A DNA stretch of 64,000 bases from the human T2T-CHM13v2.0 reference genome, Homo sapiens: the NCBI RefSeq assembly GCF_009914755.1, contig NC_060931.1; one strand, written 5' to 3'. The notes below the pieces were generated by a model. That model had not been told where the DNA came from and did no database searches. It saw only the letters and a program-made list of their open reading frames with translations. A program made the translations under genes and the position numbers. This document shows, piece by piece, positions 14,120 to 29,050 of the stretch. The first letter of the stretch is position 1. Every line of letters starts with the position of its first letter.

Positions 14120-14275
14120 CGTTAGATGCCAGGGACAGTGCTAACCACTTTATTTATATCATCCAATTTGATCCTAAAGCAATCTTATAAGCTGGGTATA
14201 TTCTCATTTCATAGAAAAAGAAACAGGCCTGGAGTGCCCTCTCAGTTAGTCGATAGTGGAGCTGGGAGCTAAACT
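14120..14275 (-). mobile_element. MIR
   Basis: tgccagggacagtgctaaccacttta...atttgatcct...cattt-catagaaaaagaaacaggc...gtggagctggga. Confidence 0.65.
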
Positions 14276-14490
14276 GTTGCCCAAACTGGATCCATCCAGC
14301 TGGCACAGGTCATAGGAACCCCGGGGTCTCAGCACTTCCCAGATGCCTCTGTTAGTGCTTCCTCTTACTTGGACCCAGTTGTCTTAGGAAAGCAAGACAG
14401 CAGAGAAGCCCAGCTCCTTTCTCTCTTCCTGGTACAGAACCAGCATCAGCATTATTTAGAATCCAGATGTGGCCAATGTGGGATGGCTGG

Positions 14491-14590
14491 AGGAGGGAAC
14501 AAGCTGGCAGACAGCCCCCACCTGGGCATAGGTACATGACAGGAGGGAACGAGCAGGCAGACAGCCCCCACCTGGGCATAGGTTCATGAG
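14491..14590. repeat. Tandem duplication, 2 x 50 bp
   Basis: 14491-14540 vs 14541-14590 are 46/50 identical. Confidence 0.97.
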
Positions 14591-15859
14591 GAGGAAAACC
14601 TGCCAGGAGGATTCCACACCTGAGTCAGGGAGTCACTGGGTTTTTCCAGCGAGCACCCCTCACGTCCATCTCCATGTTTCTTCCCGACCCCTTCGCTCTG
14701 GAAGTGAGGAGAGGGAAGTGTTACCAGTTGATGTTGTTTATGTAATGCTAGGATCAGCCAAAGAGTGAACATCCTGCTCTTTCAAAATGAATTGTTGGTT
14801 TGTAAGGGTGTTTGCTGACCTTTTCACCAGTACCGGGGAAGAAATGCGCATTTATGGCTCTCTTTTTGGCTTTAGAACAGATAATCCCAGGGCCCAATCT
14901 TTGCCCTCTTCTCCACCTCCATACACACAAGGAGGCATTGGTCTGCGGAAACTGTTTACTCAGAGGACCAGTGGCCCTCGTGCAACTGCAGTCACCAAGT
15001 TGCCATCCGGGCTGCAGCTTTCAGCTGGCTCTCCTCTGTGTCTGTGCTGGAGGTGATGAAACCCCAGGCTTCCACCTGCCCTCATCAGGGTCCACACAGG
15101 GAAGGGACAGCCTTGTCTTGAGGCCTTTCATGCTGAATCTAAACCTCCCCATTATGAATTGACGTGGTGTTACTTGGGAAGGGATGATATTTCTCAAACT
15201 CCTCCTGTGGGCTTGTCACAGCGCCCTGCCCCTTCCTCCCTCATCTCAGCTGCCCCTCACTGGGCATCGGGGACAGGCAGGTATTCTTCACTTTATACAT
15301 GAGAAAGGCAGGCCCAGACAGGGTGGGTACCTTGCCTCCATCACATGGCTCATCAGTGCTGGACAATCGAGTATGAAACTGCCATCACTCCCATGCCTGC
15401 CTCTTCTCTGTGGAGACAACTTCAACTTCAGAAAACGTTAGTGAGTCTTATCATATTCCTACAGCCACATTCCAGAACATGCTGATTTTCTCATTTCAGG
15501 ACAGTTTCCCCAGGCGCTTTCAACTTCTTATACCTTAAAAGAAATACCAAATGCATTACTCATGTCTGTGCAGTATTCCCTAAGAAAATAAAGACATCTA
15601 GCTCATAGGAATTCCAGAAAGATAAATGAAAAATAAATGAGGCTTCAGAATGCTCACAAAACAAGGACTCTATTTGCCTTAAATAATTAACATTGAGAAT
15701 TCAAACCTGACCAACTTTTCCTCCATGATTAAAGCAACCCAGGGAGAGGGCAGGTGATTCCAGTGCTGGGGGTCCCTTTAGCCATAAATGTATGGACGTG
15801 TGATGCCGTAGCACTCAGGGCCTGGGAGAGCCGGGGAGCATGAGGATGATCGAGGTCTC

Positions 15860-16260
15860 GGAGCTCAATCAATCAGCAAGTGCTTCTTGGTCACCTATTG
15901 TATAAGTAGAAATGGATGCCCTATTTATTTATGGAAACCATCAATTGTTGAGGACCTAATATGTAATCTCATCTAGGATAAAATCCTTGACCTTGAAAAT
16001 CACAATCAGCTGGGAGAGAACACAGAGTAATTGTTAGAATGCAAGATGGCAGGTGCCATGACAGAAGAGCAGGATGGATGCTGAGGAGCACACAGGTGGG
16101 GTACTAGCTCGGGCCTCAGAGCAGGCAGGAGGACCTCATCCAGGAAACATCTCTGAGTTCACTTCCCAAGGACAAGTTTAGCCCCAGGACAAGGAGGAGA
16201 TCCAGAAGGCATTCTACAAAAATGCTCAAGGAACAAGGGCATTGGAGCACACCATGTTGG
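15860..16260 (-). mobile_element. L2 fragment(s)
   Basis: tcaatcaatcagcaagtgcttcttggtcacctat tail; gatgctgaggagcacacagg...tcaggaaacatctctgag purine-rich L2 antisense pattern. Confidence 0.5.
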
Positions 16261-17714
16261 CAGGGAAACAGACAAAGACCAGACATCAGCGCTTGCTCAG
16301 AATCCTCTGCTGCTCTCGAAGGGCTGTGTCCTCCACAGGTGGGAGGATGCCACCTGCTCTGATGGTCCAAGCAGTGTGGGTTCAGCCAGCGCTCTTGGCA
16401 CCTGGGAGCATGATTCCAAATGTAGACGTAATCCAGACCTGCAGCTTCAAAAAAGGAGCCACCGTGGTCAGGGTCAGGGCTGACACAGGGCCAGGGGAAG
16501 AGAGTTTGCAAGTAGCAATTCAATACTTTTATTTCAGAATGTGTAGCAAGTATTTGACATATATGTATAAACAAAAATCATATAACCAGTTTCCTAGAGG
16601 TAGTCCAGGCCATGAAGGCTGCAACTTATTGTTTCTCTGCCCTGACTTAAAGCATGTGTTTCCAAGTTGATGCCTGTTCTTTTTATGCCTCATCACCACC
16701 CTGAGTGTTCAGTGAGGAATTGCTGCAAGGACAAAGAGTTCCCAATGTAATGTGGATACAAAAGAATCCAACCACTCAGCTTCATCAGTGCCCTTGGCAA
16801 TGCACGTCCAAGAAGCCTCGCACACAGAGCTGGGAGGCCATCTGAGGTCTGACCACTGTGCCTGCCAGAAGATGAGCATTCTGTTTGTCTCTACAGTTGT
16901 GTGTGCCCTGTGGCACTTTCACATATTAAGATTTGAACCCCACCACCCCCCAACCCTGTGACTGATCCCCACAGCCTCCCCTTTAGCCTGGGTGAATTAA
17001 TTGAAATCATAGGAGCAGTCTTAGCTGTGCCCGTCATGCGGTCCCTTGAGACAAATGCATTCGGTAGATGATACATGACAGCCTGAACACAGGCCAGGGA
17101 GGAGACCCTGGAAAAGCAGGGACAGAAGGAAGACAACTTCCCAGCCAGCGGCCTTCGCTTCAAGACAGAATCCACTCTCCTCCCTGCTCACCAGTAACAT
17201 GAGGGCTGAGCAAATGGGAAGATGGTCTTTGAGAGTTATCGACTTCCTCCTTTTCCAGCAACGACATCATGCCTCTAAGTAGCAGTTCTTAGGAAACATG
17301 AAGCCCCCAAGGACAGCTGGCTGGAAACTTTCAAAGCTTTGCAGGCATAACCACTAATGAGGAGCAAAGTCGCTGTTTATTTGAGATGGTGACAGACACT
17401 ATCAGCACACTTCACACAGTTCAGATATGTGTTTAGGTTCAGAATGATGGGGATTTCAAGACCAAAGGCTCTCGAAAATTTCAGCAACCCAATTTATTCA
17501 CCAAAGCATTAAGCCAGGATCTATTTTACATCAGATTGTTTGAAATAGTGATGTAAGAAATGTGCTCTTGATGTGGAGCCTCCAGAAAAGGACTTGATGT
17601 GCTCATGGGTTCTCATGACCTCTGAGGTCTTTGCTGCAGAGAATTCACCAGCCTAGTGCCTGGCACATCACAGGTGCTGTGTTAACTGAAAGAATGATGA
17701 ATTATTAAATAAAC

Positions 17715-18250
<536 letters not shown>

Positions 18251-18286
18251 CCCCCCGGTTGCCTTTCCACTTAAAGAGAGATGGGG

Positions 18287-18652
18287 TGTATTAGCCCATT
18301 TTCACAGTGCTATAAAGGTACTACCTGAGACTGGGTAATTTATGAAGAAAACAGGTTTAATTCACTCACAGTTCTACATGGCTGGGGAGGTCTCAGGAAA
18401 GTTACAGTGATGGCGGAAGGTGGAAGGCAAAGGGGAAGCGAGGCATGTTTTACATGGCAGCAGGAGACAAAGCATGCAGGGGAAACTGACATTTTGAAGC
18501 CATCAGATTGCATGAGAACTTTCTATCATGAGAACAGCATATGGGAAACCTCCCCCGTAATACAGTCACCTCCCACCAGGTCCCCTCCTCCACAGGTGGG
18601 GATTACAATTCAAGATGAGATTTGGGTGGGGACACAGAGCCAAACCATATCA
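18287..18652 (-). mobile_element. THE1C/D (ERVL-MaLR) solo LTR
   Basis: tgtattag...cctgagactgggtaatttatgaagaaa...gagatttgggtggggacacagagccaaaccatatca; flanks tgggg / tgagg. Confidence 0.93.
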
Positions 18653-18864
18653 TGAGGAGGTTATATCAAGTGGATTTATAGAACTGAGAAACAGTTGAGA
18701 GGCTCTGTGGTGTGCGGATGGTTTTGGAGGTTAAACAAAACAAAGAATACTAATACCAGAGTTCCTTCCTTGAAGCCAGTTAAGATCGTCACACTCAAAG
18801 GGAAGAGATAGACTTTATCTTGTCTCTCCCAGTAGATTGATAATGGCAGGAGGAGAAAGGGCCT

Positions 18865-19035
18865 TTCCTATCCTTTCTATGCAAAAGTGTGGTGTCTGGA
18901 ACAGCATCTGGGTGTCACCAGACAGTCTTTTGGAAATGCAGCATCTCAGCTTCCACCTAAGTAGGCTGGCCCAGAATCAACATGATGAGGAGATCCCCAA
19001 ATAGTTTACTTGCACTTTGAAAAGAAACACTGGCC
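18865..19035. mobile_element. MER5-like hAT-Charlie DNA transposon relic
   Basis: aagtgtggt...cagcatc...tcacc...gaaatgcagcatctcagc...cagaatc...agatcccca...tgcactttgaaaagaaacactg. Confidence 0.6.
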
Positions 19036-22000
19036 TAGAGCACCTTCCCCTCTCTGGGTCGCCAGGTTCTTTGATTTATTAAGTCTCTGCAGCTGACTGA
19101 TATGGAGGGCAAGGGTACTTTTGAGGAATTTTCTGAATAGTAGGCTGAATTCTTCAACCAGCCAACCAAACAACAGCATGAATCTATCTTATACTAGATA
19201 CGTACTGCTTCTTCTAAAAGGCTGCAGAGAGGGCAGTCGTGGGCCCAGTGAACAGCTGCATTCTGGTCGGTCCTCTTTTTCCCTTCCTCTGCCAGGAACC
19301 ACAGCAGTGTTGAGGTTCTGTAAGCACGTGCCCAGTTGGCAATGAGCTTATCTCTGAGCATCTGAACAGAGGAGAAGCCCAGAGCAGCCTGGCTCCAGGG
19401 ACCCCACGGGACGCATTGAGTGCTGAGCTAACTCAGGGAGGAGACCACAACAAATACAAACTCTGGGAAATCAGGGACAGGGCAAGCCTCTTGGGATTCA
19501 TCCCCGGCGGACATGCCCAGAGACTGTCTGCCACAGCTTTTGGCAATGACAGATCTTACCATAGGGCTCCTACTAAATACCCTCTGGAAAAGCACTGGAC
19601 AGTGACCCTTACTTGAGGATGCATAATCAAGGGTGTGGTCATGTAGCCATCATAACATAGGGATTTGGAAGATTGAGGTATGCGGAAGGGCCAGTTCCAG
19701 GAATAGAGCTCATGCTTGGTCCAAGGACTAGGGCAGGGCCTTCAGGAGCTCGTGGCTTTGAGGAGGGATAAAGGAGAAGGATTGGTAGCAAATGGCCCAG
19801 AGATTCTTACAAATCCACCTTCATCCATAAGGAGGTTGGAGGGTGTATGATGATCCTCTCTTCTAAAAGGCTCCCTTTCAAATTACAGAACCATTGGGTA
19901 ATTCTTCTATTACCCAGGGAATCAGTGCCAGCTCCCCAGGCACTGAGTCCCAGGAGGAAGACAGCTCATCTTCATTCGTGGGAACCTGTCCTATATGTGA
20001 TTGTGCCCTTGGGTAAAGTGGACTTTACAAGTTCGTTATTGCTGTTGTTTGAGCAGAGGTCATGTTTTTTGTGTTACTGTTGTTTTTTTTTTTTTTTTTC
20101 AAATTATAAACCTCATATATATGTTAAAGCTTAAATTCAATCTGATGTAGAGATTTAACTGTGGAAGTGAAACCTCTCTAAAAAAAAAAAAGATCCTAGG
20201 AAACAACTAGAAATATGAGATTTATTCTAATCCTAATTGCATGTTCCATATTTAGACACCCTTCCCACAAAAGGTGAGAGAAATGCTTACCTTGTCCAAT
20301 TTTACGCACAAGCCTCCACTTTAAGGAAACAGATTACTTTTTTTTTTTAAAGAACTCTCAAATTACCCATTGATAAATACAGCACTCAAATTTTTTTTTG
20401 GAAAAGGCACAAAGGTAAACAGATAAAGGAGTTGAGTGGTCACCTCATGACAAGGACAGTTTGAGGGTTTACTCTTGTTTTCATGGGAGCATTGGTGCGG
20501 GTTACTTCATCTGAAAGAAACTTTGAGCTCTGAAGCTATGTCTAGCACATGTTAAGTAAGAGTGGTCCTTGGAAATTTCAAGCGTTGGTTTGCATGGAAG
20601 CACAAATCATTTGACCCACATGAAAAGAATGAAATGGGATGGAACAGAAACTCAAATTTAAAGTATTAAGTGCTTTTGTCAACTGCAAATAACATGTCTC
20701 TGGGATGTTAGTGTGTAAATTGGGCAGTAAGATTCCATGTGTATTAGAAATAAACTTAATTATTTAGGAGGTAGGGTGGACCTCTTCTTACAAAATTATA
20801 TTTTCTAAAAGAAAATAAAAGCCTATGAGCTATCAACAGACATATTGTTGTAACAACATAAAAAGTACATCTTTAGCCAGCTTTCACTCATCCAGGCTAG
20901 TGCAAATAAGGTGTCTATTAAGAAATGGACAGGTCATGCTCAAACCTTCCACGAGGCTGTGGTCCCATCTCATCCCTTTCTCACTCTGACAGGGGCACAG
21001 TGAACTTCCTAGTCCATTCCATGTCCTGCCCAGCTCAGGGTGGAGGAGCCAAAGAGCCCTGCTGTGACCACCCAGGAGGGAGAGAGGGAAGGGCTTGGTT
21101 CCTCCACGCTGCCCAAGCCTGGTCTGTCTCAGAGGGCAGGGCTGAGGACCAGAGCGCCTGTGGGCCAGATCTGGAGCAGCTGGCGGGAGTGAATGACCTG
21201 TGATTCTGCGTCCTCCCTCTACTGTGGTTTCCTGTCTCTGAAACCTTATTTCTCTCAGCATCCTGACTATAATTAACATATGAAAAAAAGAAGCCAAATA
21301 AATCAAGAGAGGCTGAAGCCCTTCGCATTTAAAATCCATCCACCATCGTTTCCCCCATTTTATCAGCTGTGCATGTGCTGAGATGGATTATGCATTGACA
21401 CTGTCTTTGAATAGAGGGTGAGTTGGGATCCTGGTAAAGCAGCCATTAGACCATTAAAGGCAGTAGGAGAGATGCAGGAAGTGCCAGGATCACTAGAATC
21501 TGGGGTCCCTAATCCACACAACCTCACCCAGCCTTACAACAAGTCCTGTCACCCTGAACTGCCCAGGCTTACAGAGTACCTTCAAAGATGTGAAGGGGCA
21601 GCTTATCTTTCAAGGTAACCAAAATATCATCTTGATATTAAATCAGATTACTTGGCTAATTCATCAGTTTCCCTCAGAGTTAGGTACCCTGCACATGTCG
21701 TTGTCACCTTTAGATGGCCTCATGCATGGGAATGTGAATTATTCATAGGCTTTCTTTGGGTTGCAGGAAACCTTCATATTGCTTTAGTTTCTTAATGTAT
21801 TTGATAGGCTCTTTGTGTATGATCACATTATATGGGTATTGCTGGCAGTACAGTAAATTTTAAATTATATAGTCTGCAGCTTTGCACTAAGACATGGTAG
21901 GAGATGATTCATCATTTTCCTTGTCTTCCTGTTTACATGCGGACATATAATTCATGCTCAGAAACTATCTTTCAGCTCATCTGGAAGTGCTCCACTGCAC

Positions 22001-22830
22001 CACCACAGAATCTATCTCTGCCAGTCCAGAATTGTAAATCACTTTTCTATTAAACAGCGGGGCTAAAAATGCAAACATATGTACTTTAAATATATGTAGC
22101 CATCTCCAATTCCCAGAAGATGAGCCAAAATTAAAGGATAGTCAAAAAAGCTAGTGCTAGAATTTAATGAATGAATGATTTGACTTGAGATCAGAAATTT
22201 GCATTTCTGTACACATATTGAAGATATATATACACACACAGGTTTCCCAGAATGGGCCTGTCTTTGGGAACTGTGTATTCTGCAGATTTTGTACACTGAA
22301 TCTCTATCATTCTGAAATTTTACTTCCTAAGATTATTCACTCATGCAGAGTCACAAGACAGACTTGATGGTGGGGAGAAAAGGTCTGTATAAATTCTCAG
22401 TTTAGCATGATATGAAGCCCTTGTCTGCCATCCTCTTGACCTTCATCCCCAGGCCAAGACAATGAAGTCATTTGCTCAGGATGATGGACATCTAGACTCA
22501 GTAGTGAGTGCTTTTCATCTCCAAGGATAAGATTCCACCCAGCAAATCTGCCTACTCAGGCAGTAGTGGGAGTTAGATATTTCAGAAAGGTTTTCAGCAG
22601 TCACTGTTTCTTTGCCCAACAATACACATCATCATGGTTCTCTACTCCCTGAACCTGATTCAGCTGTGATAGTGGATAACCATTTTCACACACATGCTCA
22701 TGAACATCTGGCATTGTTGAAGAAGGAAGACCTTTCCGGGTAACTGAAGCTTACCCATTGAAGAGTTTTTTGTTTAATATTGCAGCTGTCTTAATGGAAT
22801 CCTTCTGAACTGTATTATTTGCTTGCCTAC

Positions 22831-23135
22831 TTTTTTTTTTTCTTTGAGACGGAGTCTCCCACTATCGTTCTGTTGCCCAGGCTGGTGTGCAGTGGCATGA
22901 TCTTGGCTCCTGCAACCTCCACCTCCTGGGTTCAAGTGATTCTCCTGCCTCAGCCTCCCAAGTAGCTGGGATTACAGGTGCCTGCCACCACACCTGGCTA
23001 ATTTTTTGTGTTTTTAGTAGAGACATGGTTTCACCATGTTGGCCAGGCTGGTCTCGAACTCCTGACCTCAAGTGATCTGCCTGCCTCGGCCTCCCAAAGT
23101 GCTGGGATTGCAGTTGTGAGCCACTGTGCTCAGCC
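22831..23135 (-). mobile_element. Alu (AluS-like)
   Basis: Reverse Alu dimer; TSD gcttgcctacttt. Confidence 0.96.
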
Positions 23136-23331
23136 TGCTTGCCTACTTTATTAAGCAAAGGCTGCCAAACCATTTCATTTGTGATTCTGTGATTCTGCCG
23201 AGAATTGTGGTGGCTGTCTGTCCCTGTAGACCATTGGTTGCCTTGCCTTGGAGCTCACAGCCTTTCACCTGTGCTTTATATTCTTGTACATTTCAAGAAC
23301 TAGAGTTCCAAAATCCGGTTTGCTAGACTTG

Positions 23332-24021
23332 TGCTATGGTTTAAATGTATGTTCTCCCTCAAAATGCCTATGTTGGCACTTAAACCCTAATGTGATAGTA
23401 TCAAGAGATGGGTCCTTTGCGGAAGTAATTAAGTCCTGAGGGCTCTGCCATCCTTAATGGGATTAAGCCCCTTATAAAAGGGGCTTCAGAGAGCTGCCTG
23501 GCCCTTTCTGCTCTTCCATTCCTTCTGTCATGTGAGGACACAGTAAGAAAACACCTTAGCTAATGAACATAGGAACATAAAACCAAACACCTCACTTATA
23601 AGTGGGAGATAAGTGATGTGAACTCAGGACACAAAAAAAGATACAATAGACCCTGAGACCTAGCTAACTGGGGAAGGTGGGAGGAGAGAGAGGAGCAGAG
23701 AAAGCAACTATTGGGCATTAGACTTAGTACCTGGGTGATGAAATAATCTGCACCACAACCTCCCTGTGACATGGATGTACCTTTATAACAAACCTGCCCA
23801 TGTGCCCCGAGCCTAAATTAAAAGTTAAATAAATAAAATAAAATGCCACTGGGAAGCAGAAAGCAGCCCTCACCAGATGCCACATCTCGTAAGACATGGA
23901 GACTGTTGGCACCTGGATCTTGGAATTCCAGCCTCCAGAACTGTGAAAAAATACATTCCTGTTTTTTCTAAAGTACCCAGTTTCAGGTATGTTGTTATAG
24001 CAGCATGAATGGACTAAGACA
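23332..24021 (+). mobile_element. MST/MLT1A-type MaLR solo LTR, interrupted by an L1 fragment
   Basis: Starts tgctatggtttaaatg, ends gttatagcagcatgaatggactaagaca; the two halves rejoin across the L1. Confidence 0.88.
23556..23842 (+). mobile_element. L1PA15/16-like (old primate L1) 3' end
   Basis: ctcacttataagtgggag...tagtacctgggtgatgaaataatctg...aacaaacctgcccatgtgcccc...aaaagtt plus A-rich tail. Confidence 0.88.
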
Positions 24022-24309
24022 ACTCATATGATAAGCTGGGCTGCCAAGTCCTGCAGAAATACCTGTGTCCTCTTCCTGCACAGTACAGGTCAGGGCTTTC
24101 ACGAACAAGTTTTGCTGTGGCTCTTCTGGAGTTCCAGGGGCCCTTCTGTGAGTGGGTTTTGGGGGGCTGCTTTCTTCCTTATTTCATGGTAGTCTTGAAT
24201 TAGTGATAAACAGAGTTTGACCATATGTGTGGATAACATGTACAGGTCTTGATTGAAACTCAAGTTTGAAGAGCGTTTGCTGGGTGCCAGGCATAAAAAC
24301 GGGGTTCCT

Positions 24310-24753
<444 letters not shown>

Positions 24754-25622
24754 CAGCTTCTCACATAGCCCCTCTCCTCCCCACCCAGCCTCTCTTCTTC
24801 CTTTATTACTTCTGTTAAGTGCAGCCTATTCATTGGTTGACCTTTTCAGTCCTATAACTCAGTGGCTTAGTTTTTTAACAATAAATCACAGGAAGGTGGC
24901 TTAACTATTGAAAATTTTATTAAAATGGTTATAATAATGACTTCATTACTCTCTGAGGCTTCCAGATCTTCTCTTCATTCCAGGGAAGCTGGCTATGTGA
25001 AGGCATCTGAGAATTGCTATTAACCTCTGCTGAATTAAAAACAGGAGCGGATGAACAATGTTGGAAGTGGGCCGAGGGCTTTTCAGAGATAATAGTTGTA
25101 TGATAGCACCCCCAGTTTAAATATAACACTTTTGCATTATAAAAAAGGCATATTAATTCATGGTAAATTGAAAATTTAATTTAATTTTCTCTAGATGAGT
25201 GAGGAAAAAAAAAATGAAGACTCCTTACTCTGCTTGATTCAGTTACCATGGGGATAGAACATCTTTTCGGGAGAACCTCTGTGACATGGCACATGAGCCC
25301 TCACCTTCTGCTTCACATGCCTGGTTTTGTCGCCCACTTGCTCTTCCTGATGAATCTGCCCCAGCATCCAAATAGCACAAACCCATGAATATTCTGTAAC
25401 CCATTTTCATCTTTGAGCCTTTGCTCCTAATCTGTTACCTTTGACCCCTATCCTCCCAGCCACCCAAATTGAGCATATCTTCCAATGCACAACTCAAGTC
25501 CCACCGCCTCTGTGCTTTCTCTAACTCCACAGCCACACACAGCCTGTCCTCTGGCCTTCCTCAGGTCCTAACAGTTGAGGTGGGCATAAAAGAAATGAGC
25601 AGATGAAAATAATCTGCTTTGT

Positions 25623-25933
<311 letters not shown>

Positions 25934-27130
25934 TAAATAATCTGCTTTGCAACAGACAGAACTCTTTCAGTAAAATATCCAGATCCGGAAGCTCATTTCC
26001 TGCATATTTTGTCTGCCTGATGAGCCCCTCCTCATGTACCTGCATCTCTTTGGTGATCAGTCTTCAAGGCATGGGGTGGAACCACCAGTGCTCAGTCTGG
26101 AACTCCAATGGTGTGATTGGCAGGAGCAGAGATGCCACAGCCTTTCAGGTCATGGGAAGGCTTTTTGGTGGTTGTTGGTGTTCTTCATGTAGGACCCTGA
26201 CACCCCTTCCGTAAATGTAATTATTGTTAAAATGATAATCCTTGAGATAATGGAAAGCAACCCAGTGAGGCTGTGGAACCTGCATTGAAAATTGTTGAGG
26301 TAGAACAGACTGCTACAGGTGAGAGAGTCTTGGTTTCCACTCCTGTCGGCATTTGGCATTTTTGCATGTACAAAGTCTGTTCCCCATCCCATGACAAACC
26401 CCAGGTGAATCACTGGACATAAAGATGGTATGGCCAAGGAGAAGCAAAACATTGCAGACCGTCTCTACCAGCAGAAGCTCAGCACCAGGGTGCAACTCAG
26501 ATGACAGATTGTAGGTAAACACGTGTGCTTACTACCCATTCATTCATTATTCATTCATCCATTAACACGTTTTGCAAATATTCTTTAAGCATCCATTGAG
26601 TGCTAGGCACCAGGGATTTGATGATGGGCAAATATAGAACTAATGATACCCAGTCAGAGAGAGAGATAAGAATCAAGTGTAACTACATAAGCAAATGTAA
26701 AAATGTAATGGGGACACACTCTCTGAAACCTAGGAGTTGGTGGGAGATGCTGGTAACAGCCTCTGATAGTGGGGTGTAAGCCAGCAAGATCAGCCAAGCC
26801 CCCTGAGGCTCTGAGATCAAATTGAAATCCGAAGGATGAGTAGAAGATGAAGAATGGTGAAAAGAATGTTAGAATATTCTAGGCAGAAACATGTGGCCAA
26901 GTCCTGTTGGGCGGGGGCAGATGAGAGGAAGGAAGAGGTGGGAGATGTCCCTAGTCCTGCAGGGCGTGGTGTGCCACATCTTCCTAGAAGCAACGGGAAC
27001 CCATGGAGAGGCTCTTGGGGTGAGGGTAGAGTGAGGACAACTTCACATTTGCACACAGGGAAAATCCTCTTCTCTTCAGAGTGGAGAATAGGCAGGAGGG
27101 GAGTGAGCATGGAGGTGAATAGAACACTCA

Positions 27131-27400
27131 GAGGCCACTGTGGCCCAGCCGGGGAAACATGACCTGACCATTCCCTGGGAAGACACTGTGGCCCAGGAGG
27201 ACACACACACTGTCACTGGGAGGACACTGTGGCCCAGACAGGGACACACAGCCTGACTGTTCCTAGGAGAACACTGTGGCCCAGGAGGAGACACACAGCC
27301 TGACTATCCCTGGGAGGACACTGCAGCCCAGGAGGGGACACACAGCCTGATCATTCCCTGGGAGGACACTGTGGCCCAGGCAGAGACACAGGCAGCCTGA
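27131..27400. repeat. GC-rich minisatellite, ~47 bp unit, ~5.7 copies
   Basis: cactg(tg/ca)gcccag starts at 27136, 27184, 27225, 27272, 27319 and 27367. Confidence 0.95.
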
Positions 27401-27471
27401 ACCATGATGGTGATGGTTGAGTGGAGAGAAATGGACAACGTTAAGAGATACTATGATGTAAAATCCATGTG

Positions 27472-27603
27472 TGAGCCAGGAGAATAGCTTCAACTTGGAG
27501 GCGGACATTGCAGTGAGCTGAGATTGCGCCACTGCACTCCAGCCTGGGTGACAGAGTGAGACTCTGTCTCAAAAATATAAAAAAATCAAATAATACAATA
27601 AAA
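27472..27603 (+). mobile_element. 5'-truncated Alu (3' part of right arm)
   Basis: caggagaatagcttcaac...gactctgtctc plus A tail; TSD taaaatccatgtg. Confidence 0.92.
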
Positions 27604-28109
27604 TAAAATCCATGTGGCAAGGTGACCCACTGATTTTGGGTTGTTAGGAAAAGAGAGGTATCAAGGATGACTGCTAAGTTCTGTGCTCTGGATAAAAATG
27701 AAACTCAACTTTGAGGAAACTGTGTACTCTAAATGTTTCTGCATTGGTCTCCCAGGCCATTCCAATCAACTGCAAAGCTTCATCTTTCATAAAACATGAC
27801 CTTAAATGAAGACTTAACTATATTCTAAAGTTTGCTGTGTACATTAAATACCATATGTGGTGAACATTTCCAAATTCCTTAACTGTGTGACACTTCATTT
27901 GTTTTTGGTTTCAAAATGGAAATCACAACTGTCCCCAATGTATAGAGTTAGATTTTAAAATTTACCAATACTAGGCAATTGCACAAAAGATTTCTAGTAA
28001 TGTCCACAGGAAATTAACATCAGCAACACAATTTGATGACGTAAGAGGGCTTTTGCAACATATGATCAGTTCCTTCATTGTTAACATTTTAAAAACATTC
28101 TGATATCAG

Positions 28110-28440
<331 letters not shown>

Positions 28441-28844
28441 TCAGAGTAAGCATATCATACACAAGAAATTACCTTTATACCTCGAATCCCTTTTGATTTT
28501 TAGAAAAATAAGCTCAGAAAATATGCACTTTTCTTAGAATAGTCTGCAAAAATTTAAGAAGATAAGAGTTTTCTTTCAGAAGACATTATACAGCCTATAT
28601 ATTTTAAAATAGAATATATATCTATAGAACAGGTACATGATTTTGAGCAAATCATGTTACCTCTCTTGACCTTGCCTTCTTTCACAATGGATACTCCAAT
28701 TACGTGTTATCCAGGTTCGTTTTGGCTTTTACGATTGTTTAATTCTACTTTTTCAATCCCACTTCCTTTACCCAGTAATAATATTCATTGGTGTTTTTCC
28801 CTTAATCGAAGAAAAAAAATGAGAAAAAAAAATCTCATTGGTTT

Positions 28845-29050
28845 GGGAGTCTACTCTGTGACAGGCTTTGAGCATGTGTATATATCTTATTAGTAATCTC
28901 AGCACCTGTAACACTTGTGTAGGGAATGTTTCATTTTACCTATTCTATCGATAAATAGCCTGATATTTAAAGAACAGAGACATTTACTAACTTTTCTAAA
29001 GTTACTGGAGGCAGGATGTAAACATACGAATTTCTGGCTTCAAAACCAAA
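28845..29050 (-). mobile_element. MIR
   Basis: gagtctactctgtgacaggc...taatctcagca...cattttacctattcta. Confidence 0.55.

Larger units (their letters stand above)
26535..27690 (-). mobile_element. L2 3' region hosting a minisatellite and a truncated Alu
   Basis: cattcattcattattcattcatcc tail, gtgctaggcaccaggga, tattctaggcagaaac, gcaacgggaacccatggagag, gaggtatcaaggatgactgctaagtt. Confidence 0.8.

Noticed and set aside
27131-27400. Regularly spaced cactgtggcccag repeats resembling a CRISPR array
   Set aside because: The 'spacers' are homologous to each other, there are no cas genes, and the context is primate DNA; it is a minisatellite
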